Notes under the pieces: generated by a model
Seen by the model: the letters and a program-made list of their open reading frames with translations, nothing else
Databases searched by the model: none
Told to the model about the DNA's origin: nothing
Shown here: piece by piece, positions 9,731 through 21,716 of the stretch
Layout: each line of letters starts with the position of its first letter
How positions within the stretch are numbered: the first letter of the stretch is position 1
Position numbers and translations under genes: made by a program
Origin: an uncultured Pelagibacteraceae bacterium
GTDB lineage: Bacteria; Pseudomonadota; Alphaproteobacteria; Pelagibacterales; Pelagibacteraceae
Length of the DNA stretch: 64,000 nucleotides
Assembly (NCBI GenBank): GCA_902525935.1
Contig: CABZJA010000004.1
Span: 19,831 to 83,830, forward strand
Direction of reading: 5' to 3'

Positions 9731-9784
9731 AATTTACCATTACCTTGTTTTTAATAATAAAGACACTATATAGATTGGCTTGTT

Positions 9785-10876
9785 ATGAGTGATTTTAAAA
9801 ATCAAAGTCCTTGGGGGTCACCTCCAGGAGGAGGTGGAAACGGTAATGGTGGATTTAGAAAAGGTCCTACCCCCCCGAATATTGATGAAGTAATAAGTAA
9901 ACTGCAATCAATCATTAATAGATTTTTAGGTGGCGGAAAAGGTGGAGCCAAACCTATAATAATTGGTCTTATAATTCTTTTAGTTGTTTGGACTTTAAGT
10001 GGACTTTATAGAGTATTACCTGATGAACAAGGAGTTGTATTAAGATTTGGGAAGTTTGTTAAAACCACACAACCCGGATTAAATTATCATCTTCCTTTCC
10101 CAGTTGAAAGTGTTCTAACCCCAAAAGTTACTAAAGTTAATCGAATGGATATTGGATTTAGGTCAGAAAGAGACAGTGGATTTTCTTCAGGTGGAGTTGC
10201 AGATGTTCCAGAAGAAAGTTTAATGTTAACTGGTGACGAAAACATAGTTAACATAGATTTTTCAGTATTTTGGGTAATCAAAGACGCGGGTAATTTTTTA
10301 TTTAAAATTCAAGATCCCGAAGGAACAGTTAAAGCAGCTGCGGAAACAGCAATGAGAGAAGTTATTGCACGATCTGATATTCAACCAATTTTAACTGAAG
10401 GTAGATCGGTAATAGAAGCTGATACCCAAGAAATAATTCAAAAAATTTTAGATGAATACACAAGTGGAATTCAAATTACACAAGTTCAAACTCAAAAAGC
10501 GGATCCACCAGATCAAGTTATTGATGCATTTAGAGATGTTCAGGCAGCTAGAGCAGATATGGAAAGATCTAAAAATGAAGCAGAGGCATATGCTAACGAT
10601 GTAATTCCAAGAGCACGTGGAGAAGCAGCAAAAATTCTCCAAGCTGCAGAAGCTTATAAAAAAGAAGTTGTTGCTAAGGCAGAAGGAGAAGCAAGTAGAT
10701 TTTTATCAATTTATAATGAGTACGCAAAAGCCAAAAAAGTAACTCAAGAAAGAATGTATCTTGAGACAATGGAAGAAGTATTAGCTGATATTAACAAAAT
10801 AATAATCGACAAAAATTCTGGTGAAGGAGTAGTTCCATACTTACCTTTGCAAGAGTTAAAGACAGGAACTAATTAA
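9785..10876 (+). CDS. hflK: FtsH modulator HflK
   Basis: SPFH domain, MLTGDENIV, AFRDVQAA, RMYLETMEEVL. Confidence 0.96.
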   Translation: MSDFKNQSPWGSPPGGGGNGNGGFRKGPTPPNIDEVISKLQSIINRFLGGGKGGAKPIIIGLIILLVVWTLSGLYRVLPDEQGVVLRFGKFVKTTQPGLNYHLPFPVESVLTPKVTKVNRMDIGFRSERDSGFSSGGVADVPEESLMLTGDENIVNIDFSVFWVIKDAGNFLFKIQDPEGTVKAAAETAMREVIARSDIQPILTEGRSVIEADTQEIIQKILDEYTSGIQITQVQTQKADPPDQVIDAFRDVQAARADMERSKNEAEAYANDVIPRARGEAAKILQAAEAYKKEVVAKAEGEASRFLSIYNEYAKAKKVTQERMYLETMEEVLADINKIIIDKNSGEGVVPYLPLQELKTGTN

Positions 10877-10877
10877 A

Positions 10878-11747
10878 GTGAAAGCTGGAAAATTTTTATT
10901 ACCAATAATAATTCTTATTGCGGCGACAATATACTTTTCAGTCTTTATTGTAAAAGAAGTAAATCAAGCAATAGTTTTGCAGTTTGGTGATCCTAAAAGA
11001 ATTATATCAAACCCTGGAATTAATTTCAAAATTCCATTTATACAAAATGTTGTATTTTTAGATAAAAGAATATTAAATTTAGATACTCCACCCGAAGAAG
11101 TAATTGCTTCAGATCAAAAAAGATTAATTGTTGATGCATTTGCAAGATTTCAAATAATTGATCCTCTTAAATTTTATATATCTGTTGGTAATGAAAGAGT
11201 TGCAAGATCAAGATTAGCAACTATTATAAATTCTAGAATAAGAAATGTACTTGGTCAACAAGAACTACAAACTCTTTTATCGGAAGATAGAACAAAACAA
11301 ATGTCTTTAATTCAAGAAGGCGTAAATAATGAAGCAGAAAATTTTGGTATTAGTATTGTTGATGTAAGAATTAAAAGAGCAGACCTTCCTCAAGCGAACA
11401 GTGATGCAATTTTTAGAAGAATGCAAACTGAAAGGGAAAGAGAGGCAAAAGAATTTAGGGCAAAAGGTGCAGAGATGGCAGTAACAATTACCTCAACTGC
11501 TGACAAAGAAGTTACCGTTATACTTGCAGACGCACAAAAAAAATCAGAGATAATGAAAGGTCAAGGGGATGGGCAAAAAAACAAAATCTTTGCTGATGCT
11601 TTCGGACAAGATCCTGAGTTTTTTGCTTTTTATAGAGCCATGCAGGCATATCAAAAAGCACTAATTGGTGGTGAAACTTCAATGATACTTTCACCTGACA
11701 GTGAATTTTTTAAATTTTTTGGAAATATAAATCAAAAAGTAGATTAA
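10878..11747 (+). CDS. hflC: FtsH modulator HflC
   Basis: SPFH domain, RMQTERERE, PEFFAFYR; follows hflK. Confidence 0.96.
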   Translation: MKAGKFLLPIIILIAATIYFSVFIVKEVNQAIVLQFGDPKRIISNPGINFKIPFIQNVVFLDKRILNLDTPPEEVIASDQKRLIVDAFARFQIIDPLKFYISVGNERVARSRLATIINSRIRNVLGQQELQTLLSEDRTKQMSLIQEGVNNEAENFGISIVDVRIKRADLPQANSDAIFRRMQTEREREAKEFRAKGAEMAVTITSTADKEVTVILADAQKKSEIMKGQGDGQKNKIFADAFGQDPEFFAFYRAMQAYQKALIGGETSMILSPDSEFFKFFGNINQKVD

Positions 11748-11752
11748 TTTTA

Positions 11753-11938
11753 ATGAGAGAATTGATCATCGCATTTGGTCTATTCCTTTTTATTGAAGGT
11801 ATTCTTTACGCCATATTTCCATCAAAAATGAAAAATATTATTATGAAATTAAAAGATGCTACTGATAATCAGTTAAGAACTGGCGGATTAACATTCGCCG
11901 TGATAGGTTTTTTTATTATTTGGTACTTAAAAAGATGA
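11753..11938 (+). CDS. DUF2065 (YjeT-like) small membrane protein
   Basis: LFLFIEGILYAIFP...LRTGGL; canonical position after hflC. Confidence 0.85.
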   Translation: MRELIIAFGLFLFIEGILYAIFPSKMKNIIMKLKDATDNQLRTGGLTFAVIGFFIIWYLKR

Positions 11939-13338
11939 GATTAATAAAAATTTTATTATTAATATTATTTTCAATTAATATTCAAAATACAAGCAAAGCA
12001 GAAAATATGCCTGCTTCTTTTGCAGATCTAGCTGAAAAATTAATGCCATCAGTAGTAAATATTTCTACCACAACAACTATAACCTCAAGGTCTAATCCAT
12101 TTCCATTTGAATTTCCTCCAGGTTCTCCTTTTGAAGACATGTTCAAAGATTATGGAACTCCTCAAAAGAGACAGACAAGTGCACTTGGATCAGGGTTTAT
12201 TATAGATGAAAAAGGAGTTGTTATTACAAACAACCATGTAATCCAAGGTGCGGAAGATGTGTTTGTAAGAGTTAATGGTGAGAAAAATCTAAGAGCCAAA
12301 GTAATTGGTGCTGATCCAGGTATGGATTTGGCTGTTCTTCAAATTGAGTCAGATCAAAAATTTACCCCAGTCAAGTTTGGAGATTCTGATACTGCAAGAA
12401 TAGGTGATTGGGTCATTGCAATTGGAAATCCATTCGGATTAGGTGGAACGGTTACTGCAGGAATAGTTTCAGCTAGAAATAGAAGTATTGGTCTTTCAAG
12501 ATACGAAGATTATATTCAAACAGACGCATCAATTAATCAAGGTAATTCAGGAGGCCCATTGTTTAACATGGATGGTGATGTGGTCGGAATTAATACTGCA
12601 ATATTAGGTCAATCAGGTTCAATTGGAATTGGTTTTGCAATTCCTTCTAATAGTGCACAAAAAGTAATTAATCAATTAATTGAATTTGGTGAAACTAAAA
12701 GAGGATGGCTAGGAGTAAGAATCCAAACTGTAACAAAAGACATTGCTGATGTTGAAAAATTAGATGAACCAAGAGGAGCACTTGTTGCTAGTGTAGCTGA
12801 AAATAGTCCATCAGATAAGGGAGGTATTAAAGCTGGAGATATAATTTTAGAATTTGATGGTAAAAAAATTAATGAAATGAGTGAACTTCCAAGAATAGTT
12901 GCAGAAACTGAAGTTGGAAAAAAAGTAAAACTCAAAGTATGGAGAAATAAACGAGAGATTACAAAAGAAATCATACTTGGAAGGCTAGAAACATCGGAGG
13001 ACTTTAAATCTCAAGGTTTAGTAACAGAAAAACCTAAAGAGGATAATATAGAGGGTTTGAAGATAAAGGTGAGGTTGTTGACTAAAGATGATATTAAAGA
13101 CAGAAATTTGCCAAAAAATACTACAGGGTTGGTTATTACTGAAATTGATAGAGATAGCCCAATTAATTATCTTCAAGTAAACAATATTATTGTTGAGGCA
13201 CAAAAGAAAAAAATTAATACTATTGGAGATCTTGATAATATTGTTAAACTAGCTTTAAGAGGAGCTGATAAGAGTCTTCTTATTGCAATTTATAATAATA
13301 ATAATCAAAGAAGATACATTGGTGTTAAATTAAATTAA
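11935..13338 (+). CDS. degP: Do/DegP/HtrA periplasmic serine protease
   Basis: TNNHV, DLAVL, GNSGGPL, two PDZ domains; ATG at 11935 overlaps upstream stop. Confidence 0.93.
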   Translation: MRLIKILLLILFSINIQNTSKAENMPASFADLAEKLMPSVVNISTTTTITSRSNPFPFEFPPGSPFEDMFKDYGTPQKRQTSALGSGFIIDEKGVVITNNHVIQGAEDVFVRVNGEKNLRAKVIGADPGMDLAVLQIESDQKFTPVKFGDSDTARIGDWVIAIGNPFGLGGTVTAGIVSARNRSIGLSRYEDYIQTDASINQGNSGGPLFNMDGDVVGINTAILGQSGSIGIGFAIPSNSAQKVINQLIEFGETKRGWLGVRIQTVTKDIADVEKLDEPRGALVASVAENSPSDKGGIKAGDIILEFDGKKINEMSELPRIVAETEVGKKVKLKVWRNKREITKEIILGRLETSEDFKSQGLVTEKPKEDNIEGLKIKVRLLTKDDIKDRNLPKNTTGLVITEIDRDSPINYLQVNNIIVEAQKKKINTIGDLDNIVKLALRGADKSLLIAIYNNNNQRRYIGVKLN

Positions 13339-14258
13339 TGGACCTAAAGTCCAAAATAATTCTTATTTCAGGACCGACAGCATCTGGAAAATCAAAATTT
13401 GCTATTCAGCTTGCAAAAAAAATTAATGGTGAAGTAATTAATGCAGATAGTATGCAGATTTATAAAGAGCTTAAAATTCTTACAGCAAGACCAAAGCTAA
13501 AAGATATAAAAATTGTAAAACATCATTTATATGGATTTAAAAGTGTTAAAGATAATTATTCAACTGGCAATTGGTTAAGAGATGCTAAATCAAAAATTAA
13601 AAATATAAAAAAAAAGAATAAAATTCCAATTCTTGTTGGTGGCACTGGTTTGTATTTTAAGGCACTAATTGAAGGTATAGTCAAAATTCCTAAAATTCCT
13701 TTAAATTTTAGAAACAGAGTAAGAAAAAAACAATCAAAAATAGGTCAAAATAAATTTTATTCTGAACTTACTAAGCTTGACCCTCTTTGTAAAAATAAAA
13801 TTGATAAAAATGATACTCAGAGATCTATGAGAGCATATGAAGTAAAAAAATTTACAAATAAGTCTTTGTTCGATTGGTATAGTGAAACATACTCTGATTT
13901 TACCCATGATAGCTTTATTAAGTTATATGTCGATTATCCCAGAGAAAAGTTGTTAGAAAAAATTTCTCTAAGAGTAAATGAAATGTTAAGAGATGGAGCA
14001 ATAAATGAGGTAAAAAAGTTTTATAAATTAAGAATTAGGAAAGATTTATCCTCTCAAAAAGTTATAGGTTTAAATGAGATAAAAGAATTTTTGGATAAAA
14101 GATTAGATCTTAATGTATTAAAAGAAAAAATATCAATAAAAACAAGGCAATATGCCAAGAGGCAGTCTACTTGGGCAAGGGGACAAATGTCAGATTGGCA
14201 AAAAATAAAATTTAATAGACTAAAATCATTTTTAAAAAAATTTGATAAATCGGCATAG
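13338..14258 (+). CDS. miaA: tRNA dimethylallyltransferase
   Basis: GPTASGKS, NADSMQIY, VGGTGLY, TRQYAKRQ. Confidence 0.96.
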   Translation: MDLKSKIILISGPTASGKSKFAIQLAKKINGEVINADSMQIYKELKILTARPKLKDIKIVKHHLYGFKSVKDNYSTGNWLRDAKSKIKNIKKKNKIPILVGGTGLYFKALIEGIVKIPKIPLNFRNRVRKKQSKIGQNKFYSELTKLDPLCKNKIDKNDTQRSMRAYEVKKFTNKSLFDWYSETYSDFTHDSFIKLYVDYPREKLLEKISLRVNEMLRDGAINEVKKFYKLRIRKDLSSQKVIGLNEIKEFLDKRLDLNVLKEKISIKTRQYAKRQSTWARGQMSDWQKIKFNRLKSFLKKFDKSA

Positions 14259-14263
14259 TTAGC

Positions 14264-14293
14264 TTGACCTTTTAGCACAACTTCAGCTAGATT
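14264..14293 (+). promoter_or_regulatory. Sigma70-type promoter of the ilv operon (probably leaderless transcript)
   Basis: TTGACC(14264)-N18-TAGATT(14288); ATG starts 7 nt after the -10 hexamer; no SD. Confidence 0.6.
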
Positions 14294-14299
14294 GTCTGG

Positions 14300-16066
14300 A
14301 TGTCAAAATTATATTCCGGAGCTGAAATCGTATTTAAGTGTATGGAAGATCAAAATGTTGAACATATTTTTGGTTATCCAGGTGGTGCTGTCCTTCCGAT
14401 TTATGACGAGTTACAAAATTTTAAATCAATCAAGCATGTTTTAGTAAGACATGAGCAAGGCGCGGGTCATGCAGCCGAGGGATATGCTAGATCATCAGGC
14501 AAACCAGGAGTTATTTTAGTAACTTCAGGACCAGGCGCAACAAACGTTGTTACGGCTTTAACCGACGCATACATGGATTCGATTCCACTAGTTTGCATCT
14601 CAGGACAAGTACCAACTCATTTAATTGGCACTGATGCTTTTCAAGAATGTGATACAACTGGAATAACTAGACCTTGTACAAAACATAACTGGCTAGTCAA
14701 AGATGTAGATGATTTAGCAGAAACAATACATAAAGCTTTTGAAGTAGCAACAACGGGTAGACCAGGACCGGTTTTAGTAGATATACCAAAAGACATACAA
14801 TTTCAAAAAGCAAAATACAAAAAACCAAAAAAAGGAAAAAAAATAAATGGTAAATCTCATAATCATTTTAGTCAAAGAAGTATTGATGAATTGATTAATT
14901 TAATGAGCAAATCATCAAAGCCTATTTTTTATACTGGCGGTGGAGTTATTAATTCTGGACCTAGAGCAAGTGAACTTTTAAGAGAACTTGTTTATACTAC
15001 AGGTTTTCCAATTACATCAACTTTGCAGGGATTGGGTTCTTTCCCAGGTGATGATAGTCAGTTTTTAGGAATGTTAGGTATGCACGGAACTTATGAAGCA
15101 AATAATGCAATGCATGACTGTGATTTGATGATTAATATAGGGGCAAGATTTGACGATAGAATAACCGGGAAAATAGATGAATTTTCACCAAAGTCAAAGA
15201 AGGTTCATATAGATATAGATCCATCATCTATTAATAAAAATGTTAAAGTAGATTTAGCAATAGTTGGAGATGTAAAAAATGTAATTTCGTCTACTTTAAA
15301 AAGTCTAAAACAAAAAAAATCAAAATTCTTAAAATCAAATAAACAAAAAACTTCTAAATGGTGGGAAAAAATCCAAAAATGGAGATCAGTTAGATCTTTA
15401 GATTATATTGGAAGTGAGGAAACAATAAAACCACAATATGCAATTGAAAGATTGTACGAATTAACAAAAGATAAAGATTCTTATATTACAACTGAGGTTG
15501 GACAACATCAGATGTGGGCAGCACAACACTATAAATTTAATAAACCAAATCGTTGGATGACATCTGGTGGTTTAGGTACAATGGGATACGGTCTACCTGC
15601 TGCAGTTGGTGTACAAGTTGCACATCCAAAAAAATTAGTTATTGATATTGCTGGAGAAGCATCGGTATTAATGACGCTTCAAGAAATGTCAACAGCTGTG
15701 CAATATAATCTTCCAATTAAAATATTTATATTAAACAATGAATACATGGGGATGGTTAGACAATGGCAAGAACTTTTACATGATAAAAATTATTCTGAAA
15801 GTTATACGGCCGCCCTTCCAGATTTTGTGAAATTAGCAGAAGCATATAATTGTGTTGGTATAAGAGCAAAAACACCAGAAGAGCTAGATGATAGAATTAT
15901 AGAAATGTTAAATACGAATAGGCCTGTAATATTTGATTGCATGGTAGATAAAGTTGAAAATTGTTTTCCAATGATACCATCTGGAAAGCCTCATAATCAA
16001 ATGATTTTAGGACCCAAAGATCAAGAAAGTAATAAAATTACAGGTAAAGGCAAGTCTTTAGTCTAA
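14300..16066 (+). CDS. ilvI: Acetolactate synthase large subunit
   Basis: FGYPGG, RHEQGAGH, TSGPGATN, VGQHQMW, GMVRQWQ. Confidence 0.95.
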   Translation: MSKLYSGAEIVFKCMEDQNVEHIFGYPGGAVLPIYDELQNFKSIKHVLVRHEQGAGHAAEGYARSSGKPGVILVTSGPGATNVVTALTDAYMDSIPLVCISGQVPTHLIGTDAFQECDTTGITRPCTKHNWLVKDVDDLAETIHKAFEVATTGRPGPVLVDIPKDIQFQKAKYKKPKKGKKINGKSHNHFSQRSIDELINLMSKSSKPIFYTGGGVINSGPRASELLRELVYTTGFPITSTLQGLGSFPGDDSQFLGMLGMHGTYEANNAMHDCDLMINIGARFDDRITGKIDEFSPKSKKVHIDIDPSSINKNVKVDLAIVGDVKNVISSTLKSLKQKKSKFLKSNKQKTSKWWEKIQKWRSVRSLDYIGSEETIKPQYAIERLYELTKDKDSYITTEVGQHQMWAAQHYKFNKPNRWMTSGGLGTMGYGLPAAVGVQVAHPKKLVIDIAGEASVLMTLQEMSTAVQYNLPIKIFILNNEYMGMVRQWQELLHDKNYSESYTAALPDFVKLAEAYNCVGIRAKTPEELDDRIIEMLNTNRPVIFDCMVDKVENCFPMIPSGKPHNQMILGPKDQESNKITGKGKSLV

Positions 16067-16614
16067 TGTCTAATTCAAAATCAGCTTATAGTCTTTCAAA
16101 TAAAAAAGAAAGATTTGATACTCATATAATAGTAGTTTGGGTTGATAATGAAGCTGGTGTTTTAGCTAGGGTCGTCGGTCTTTTTTCTGGCAGAGGTTAT
16201 AATATCGAATCATTAGCAGTTGCCCAAGTTGATGAAAAATTAAAAATATCTAGAATAACCATTGTTACTACTGGAACACCACAGGTTGTTAATCAAATTA
16301 AACTTCAACTGAAAAAGCTAGTGCCTGTTCATAAAGTAGCAGATTTTAAAAGAGAAGATAAAGCAGTCATATTTAAGGAGATGGCACTATTTAAAATTGT
16401 TGGTCCCAATAATAAGTTAGAGAGCGCTTTGAAAGCTTGTAAAAAATACAATCCTGTATTATTAGACAAAACAAAAAAATCGAATGTTATCCAAATAACA
16501 GCTTTAAGAAGAGAAATTGATAAAATGTCAAATAATTTGAAAAAATTTGGACTGGTAAGCGTTTCAAGAACTGGAGCCGTAGCTATGACAAGGGGTGCAG
16601 ACATATTTAAATAA
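16066..16614 (+). CDS. ilvH: Acetolactate synthase small subunit
   Basis: ACT domain NEAGVLARVVGLFSGRGYNIESL. Confidence 0.95.
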   Translation: MSNSKSAYSLSNKKERFDTHIIVVWVDNEAGVLARVVGLFSGRGYNIESLAVAQVDEKLKISRITIVTTGTPQVVNQIKLQLKKLVPVHKVADFKREDKAVIFKEMALFKIVGPNNKLESALKACKKYNPVLLDKTKKSNVIQITALRREIDKMSNNLKKFGLVSVSRTGAVAMTRGADIFK

Positions 16615-16618
16615 TTAA

Positions 16619-17656
<1,038 letters not shown>

Positions 17657-17693
17657 CTTGATGTTAAAATTGGGTTAATTCTCTCAAATTATT

Positions 17694-17721
17694 TTGCAAT
17701 CTGAGCGAGAGCATGTATTAT
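17694..17721 (+). promoter_or_regulatory. Putative sigma70 promoter of leuA
   Basis: TTGCAA(17694)-N16-TATTAT(17716). Confidence 0.45.
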
Positions 17722-17740
17722 GCTCGAGCTAAGAAATACA

Positions 17741-19315
17741 ATGTCAGATAAAGAAAAATTATACATATTTGATACGACCATGCGAGATGGTGAGCAATCA
17801 CCAGGCGCATCTATGAGTGTTGAAGAGAAAATTCAGATATCTAGAGTTTTTGATGAAATGGGAATAGATATTGTTGAAGCGGGTTTTCCAATAGCATCAC
17901 CAGGAGATTTTGAGGCAGTTTCTGAAATAAGTAAAATAATGAAAAACTCAATTCCATGTGGTCTTTCAAGAGCACTAAAAAAAGATATTGATGCATGCCA
18001 TGAGTCGTTGAAACATGCTCCAAGATTTAGAATTCATACTTTTATCTCTACAAGTCCTTTACATATGAAACACAAACTTGAAATGACAAACGATCAGGTT
18101 CTAGATGCAATAAAAGAAAGTGTTACATATGCAAGAAACTTTACTGATGATGTTGAATGGTCCTGCGAGGATGGAACAAGAACAGATATGGATTTCATGT
18201 GCAAAACAGTTGAACTTGCAATTAAATGTGGGGCCAAAACAATAAATATCCCAGACACTGTTGGATATTCTATACCTGAAGAATTTGCAAAAACAATTAA
18301 ACACTTAAAAAATAATGTTCCAAATATAGATAAAGCAATATTATCTGCACACTGTCACAATGATCTTGGCTTAGCAGTAGCAAATGCATTAGCTGGAGTT
18401 TCAGAAGGTGTAAGACAAATAGAATGTACAATTAATGGAATAGGTGAGAGAGCAGGTAATGCTGCATTAGAAGAAGTAGTTATGGCAATTAAAACAAGAA
18501 ATGATTTGATGCCATATAATACAGGTATTAAAACAGAATTAATAAGTAAAGCCTCCAAAATAGTTTCAAATGCAACTGGTTTTCCAGTTCAATTTAACAA
18601 GGCAATAGTTGGAAAAAACGCTTTTGCTCATGAGTCAGGTATTCATCAAGATGGAATGTTAAAGAATAGAGAAACTTATGAAATTATGACACCAGAAAGT
18701 GTAGGCGTTAAGAAAACATCACTTGTTATGGGTAAACATTCAGGACGACATGCTTTTAAAGACAAATTATCTGACTTAGGTTATTCAGATCTTACAGATG
18801 ATATTATCCAAGCTGCTTTTGGAAAATTTAAAGTTTTAGCTGATAAAAAGAAACATATATACGATGAAGATATAGTAGCGTTAGTTGATGATAGTTTAAT
18901 TGTAGATAATAAAATAAATGCGATTAATTTAAAATCTTTAAAAGTATTTGCTGGCACAGGAGAACCACAAAAAGCTGAAATGACATTAGATGTTTACGGT
19001 GATATTAAAAATACAACTGAAACAGGGGATGGACCAGTTGATGCAATATTTAAATGTATAAAAAAATTATTTCCTCACGATGTAAAATTATCTTTATACC
19101 AAGTTCATGCAGTAACAGAAGGTACAGATGCTCAAGCAACTGTTAGCGTAAAAATTGAAGAAAATGACAGGACGACCGTAGGCCAATCAGCTGACACAGA
19201 TACTTTAGTTGCATCAGCAAACGCATATTTAAATGCATTGAATAAAATGCTTATAAAACGTGAGAAAAGAGCACCCTCTCAAAATATTAAACATCAAAAA
19301 GTGAAAGGAATATAA
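17741..19315 (+). CDS. leuA: 2-isopropylmalate synthase
   Basis: FDTTMRDGEQ, HCHNDLG, GERAGN, HESGIHQDG; likely start MSDKEK at 17741. Confidence 0.96.
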   Translation: MSDKEKLYIFDTTMRDGEQSPGASMSVEEKIQISRVFDEMGIDIVEAGFPIASPGDFEAVSEISKIMKNSIPCGLSRALKKDIDACHESLKHAPRFRIHTFISTSPLHMKHKLEMTNDQVLDAIKESVTYARNFTDDVEWSCEDGTRTDMDFMCKTVELAIKCGAKTINIPDTVGYSIPEEFAKTIKHLKNNVPNIDKAILSAHCHNDLGLAVANALAGVSEGVRQIECTINGIGERAGNAALEEVVMAIKTRNDLMPYNTGIKTELISKASKIVSNATGFPVQFNKAIVGKNAFAHESGIHQDGMLKNRETYEIMTPESVGVKKTSLVMGKHSGRHAFKDKLSDLGYSDLTDDIIQAAFGKFKVLADKKKHIYDEDIVALVDDSLIVDNKINAINLKSLKVFAGTGEPQKAEMTLDVYGDIKNTTETGDGPVDAIFKCIKKLFPHDVKLSLYQVHAVTEGTDAQATVSVKIEENDRTTVGQSADTDTLVASANAYLNALNKMLIKREKRAPSQNIKHQKVKGI

Positions 19316-19319
19316 ATAA

Positions 19320-20351
<1,032 letters not shown>

Positions 20352-20356
20352 ATATT

Positions 20357-21193
20357 ATGTCAACAGAGTCGAGTAGAGATGATTTTATTATTGCTATTCG
20401 TTCAGCATTTTTAAAAAAAGGAAACAGACAAAAGTTTTCTTTATTTACTCTATTAATCATATCTATTTTAGTATTATCATTAGAGTATTTTAAAACTGGA
20501 CCAGTTAATCAATTTAGGTCAATTACAAAAGATATTATATTCAGAGGATCATACATTGTATCAAGCCCATTTAAATATGTAAAAGATAAATATTATCTCT
20601 TCCAAGATCATATGAGAATGTATGAAGAGTTTTCAGATCTAAGAAATAAGAATCTCGATCTTGATTCACTTAGAAAAGAAGTTGATTTTTATAAATCAGA
20701 AAATGCTCTTTTAAAAAAATTGATAGAAGAAAGAGATCTTTTTTCTAAAGAATACATGTTGACTAAGATTTTATTGGACAAACAAAGTCCTTACTTAAAG
20801 TCTTTAATAATTAACAAAGGTCAAAAAAGTGGAGTTAAATTAGGGTCAGCTGTAAAAGATCGGCTATATTACATTGGAAAGGTTGTAAATGTTAACTTTT
20901 TAAGCGCAAGAGTATTACTGGCTAACGATCTTAATAGCAAAATCCCAATCATTATTGAGCCAAGTGGTATCAATGCAATACTCTCAGGAAATGGGAATGA
21001 TGAGTATGCTGAGTTAGAGTACTTGCCAAAAGACAACGAAATAAAAGAGAACGAAATTGTATATACCTCTGGATCAGATGGTACAATTCCAGCATCAATT
21101 CCTGTTGGAAAAATAATTATTCAGGAAAATAAAAAATACGTGAAGTTTTTTAGCAATTTAAATCAACTTAATTATGTGCAGGTGAATAAGTAA
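20357..21193 (+). CDS. mreC: Rod shape-determining protein MreC
   Basis: TM + coiled coil, INKGQKSG, YTSGSDG; after mreB. Confidence 0.92.
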   Translation: MSTESSRDDFIIAIRSAFLKKGNRQKFSLFTLLIISILVLSLEYFKTGPVNQFRSITKDIIFRGSYIVSSPFKYVKDKYYLFQDHMRMYEEFSDLRNKNLDLDSLRKEVDFYKSENALLKKLIEERDLFSKEYMLTKILLDKQSPYLKSLIINKGQKSGVKLGSAVKDRLYYIGKVVNVNFLSARVLLANDLNSKIPIIIEPSGINAILSGNGNDEYAELEYLPKDNEIKENEIVYTSGSDGTIPASIPVGKIIIQENKKYVKFFSNLNQLNYVQVNK

Positions 21194-21194
21194 A

Positions 21195-21716
21195 ATGGCC
21201 AGAGGAGATATAAAAATTTATCAATACTTATTAAATGGTTTTCCAATTATTTTATTATTTTTTTTTGCTTTAACAGGCTACTCATTTTCATTTAATATTT
21301 TTAAAATTAATATATCTTTTAATTTTATTCACTTAATTGTTTTTTATTGGGTTTTAAGAAAGCCTGAAATGCTTGGTTATGGACTTATTTTTTTTGCAGG
21401 TGTTATTAACGATGTTGTACAAAACCTACCAATTGGAGTTTCATCAATAAATTATCTTTTACTCTGTGTTATTGCATCTTTTTTTAGGGCAAGAACTCTA
21501 CTTCCTAATTTAATTTATGATTGGATACTATTTTTTATCGCAATATTAATTGTTAGCTCAATTCATTTTACAGTATTAGCAATTTTCTTTGATGGAAATA
21601 TTAGTTATGGGGCATTAATGTCAACAGCCTTTTTTTCATTTTTAATTTATCCAGCAGTGGCAAAAATATTTAATCAAATTTACTTACTAGGTTTAAGACA
21701 AGAAAATGTTGAATAG
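21195..21716 (+). CDS. mreD: Rod shape-determining protein MreD
   Basis: Polytopic membrane protein, FAGVINDV; position between mreC and mrdA. Confidence 0.85.
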   Translation: MARGDIKIYQYLLNGFPIILLFFFALTGYSFSFNIFKINISFNFIHLIVFYWVLRKPEMLGYGLIFFAGVINDVVQNLPIGVSSINYLLLCVIASFFRARTLLPNLIYDWILFFIAILIVSSIHFTVLAIFFDGNISYGALMSTAFFSFLIYPAVAKIFNQIYLLGLRQENVE

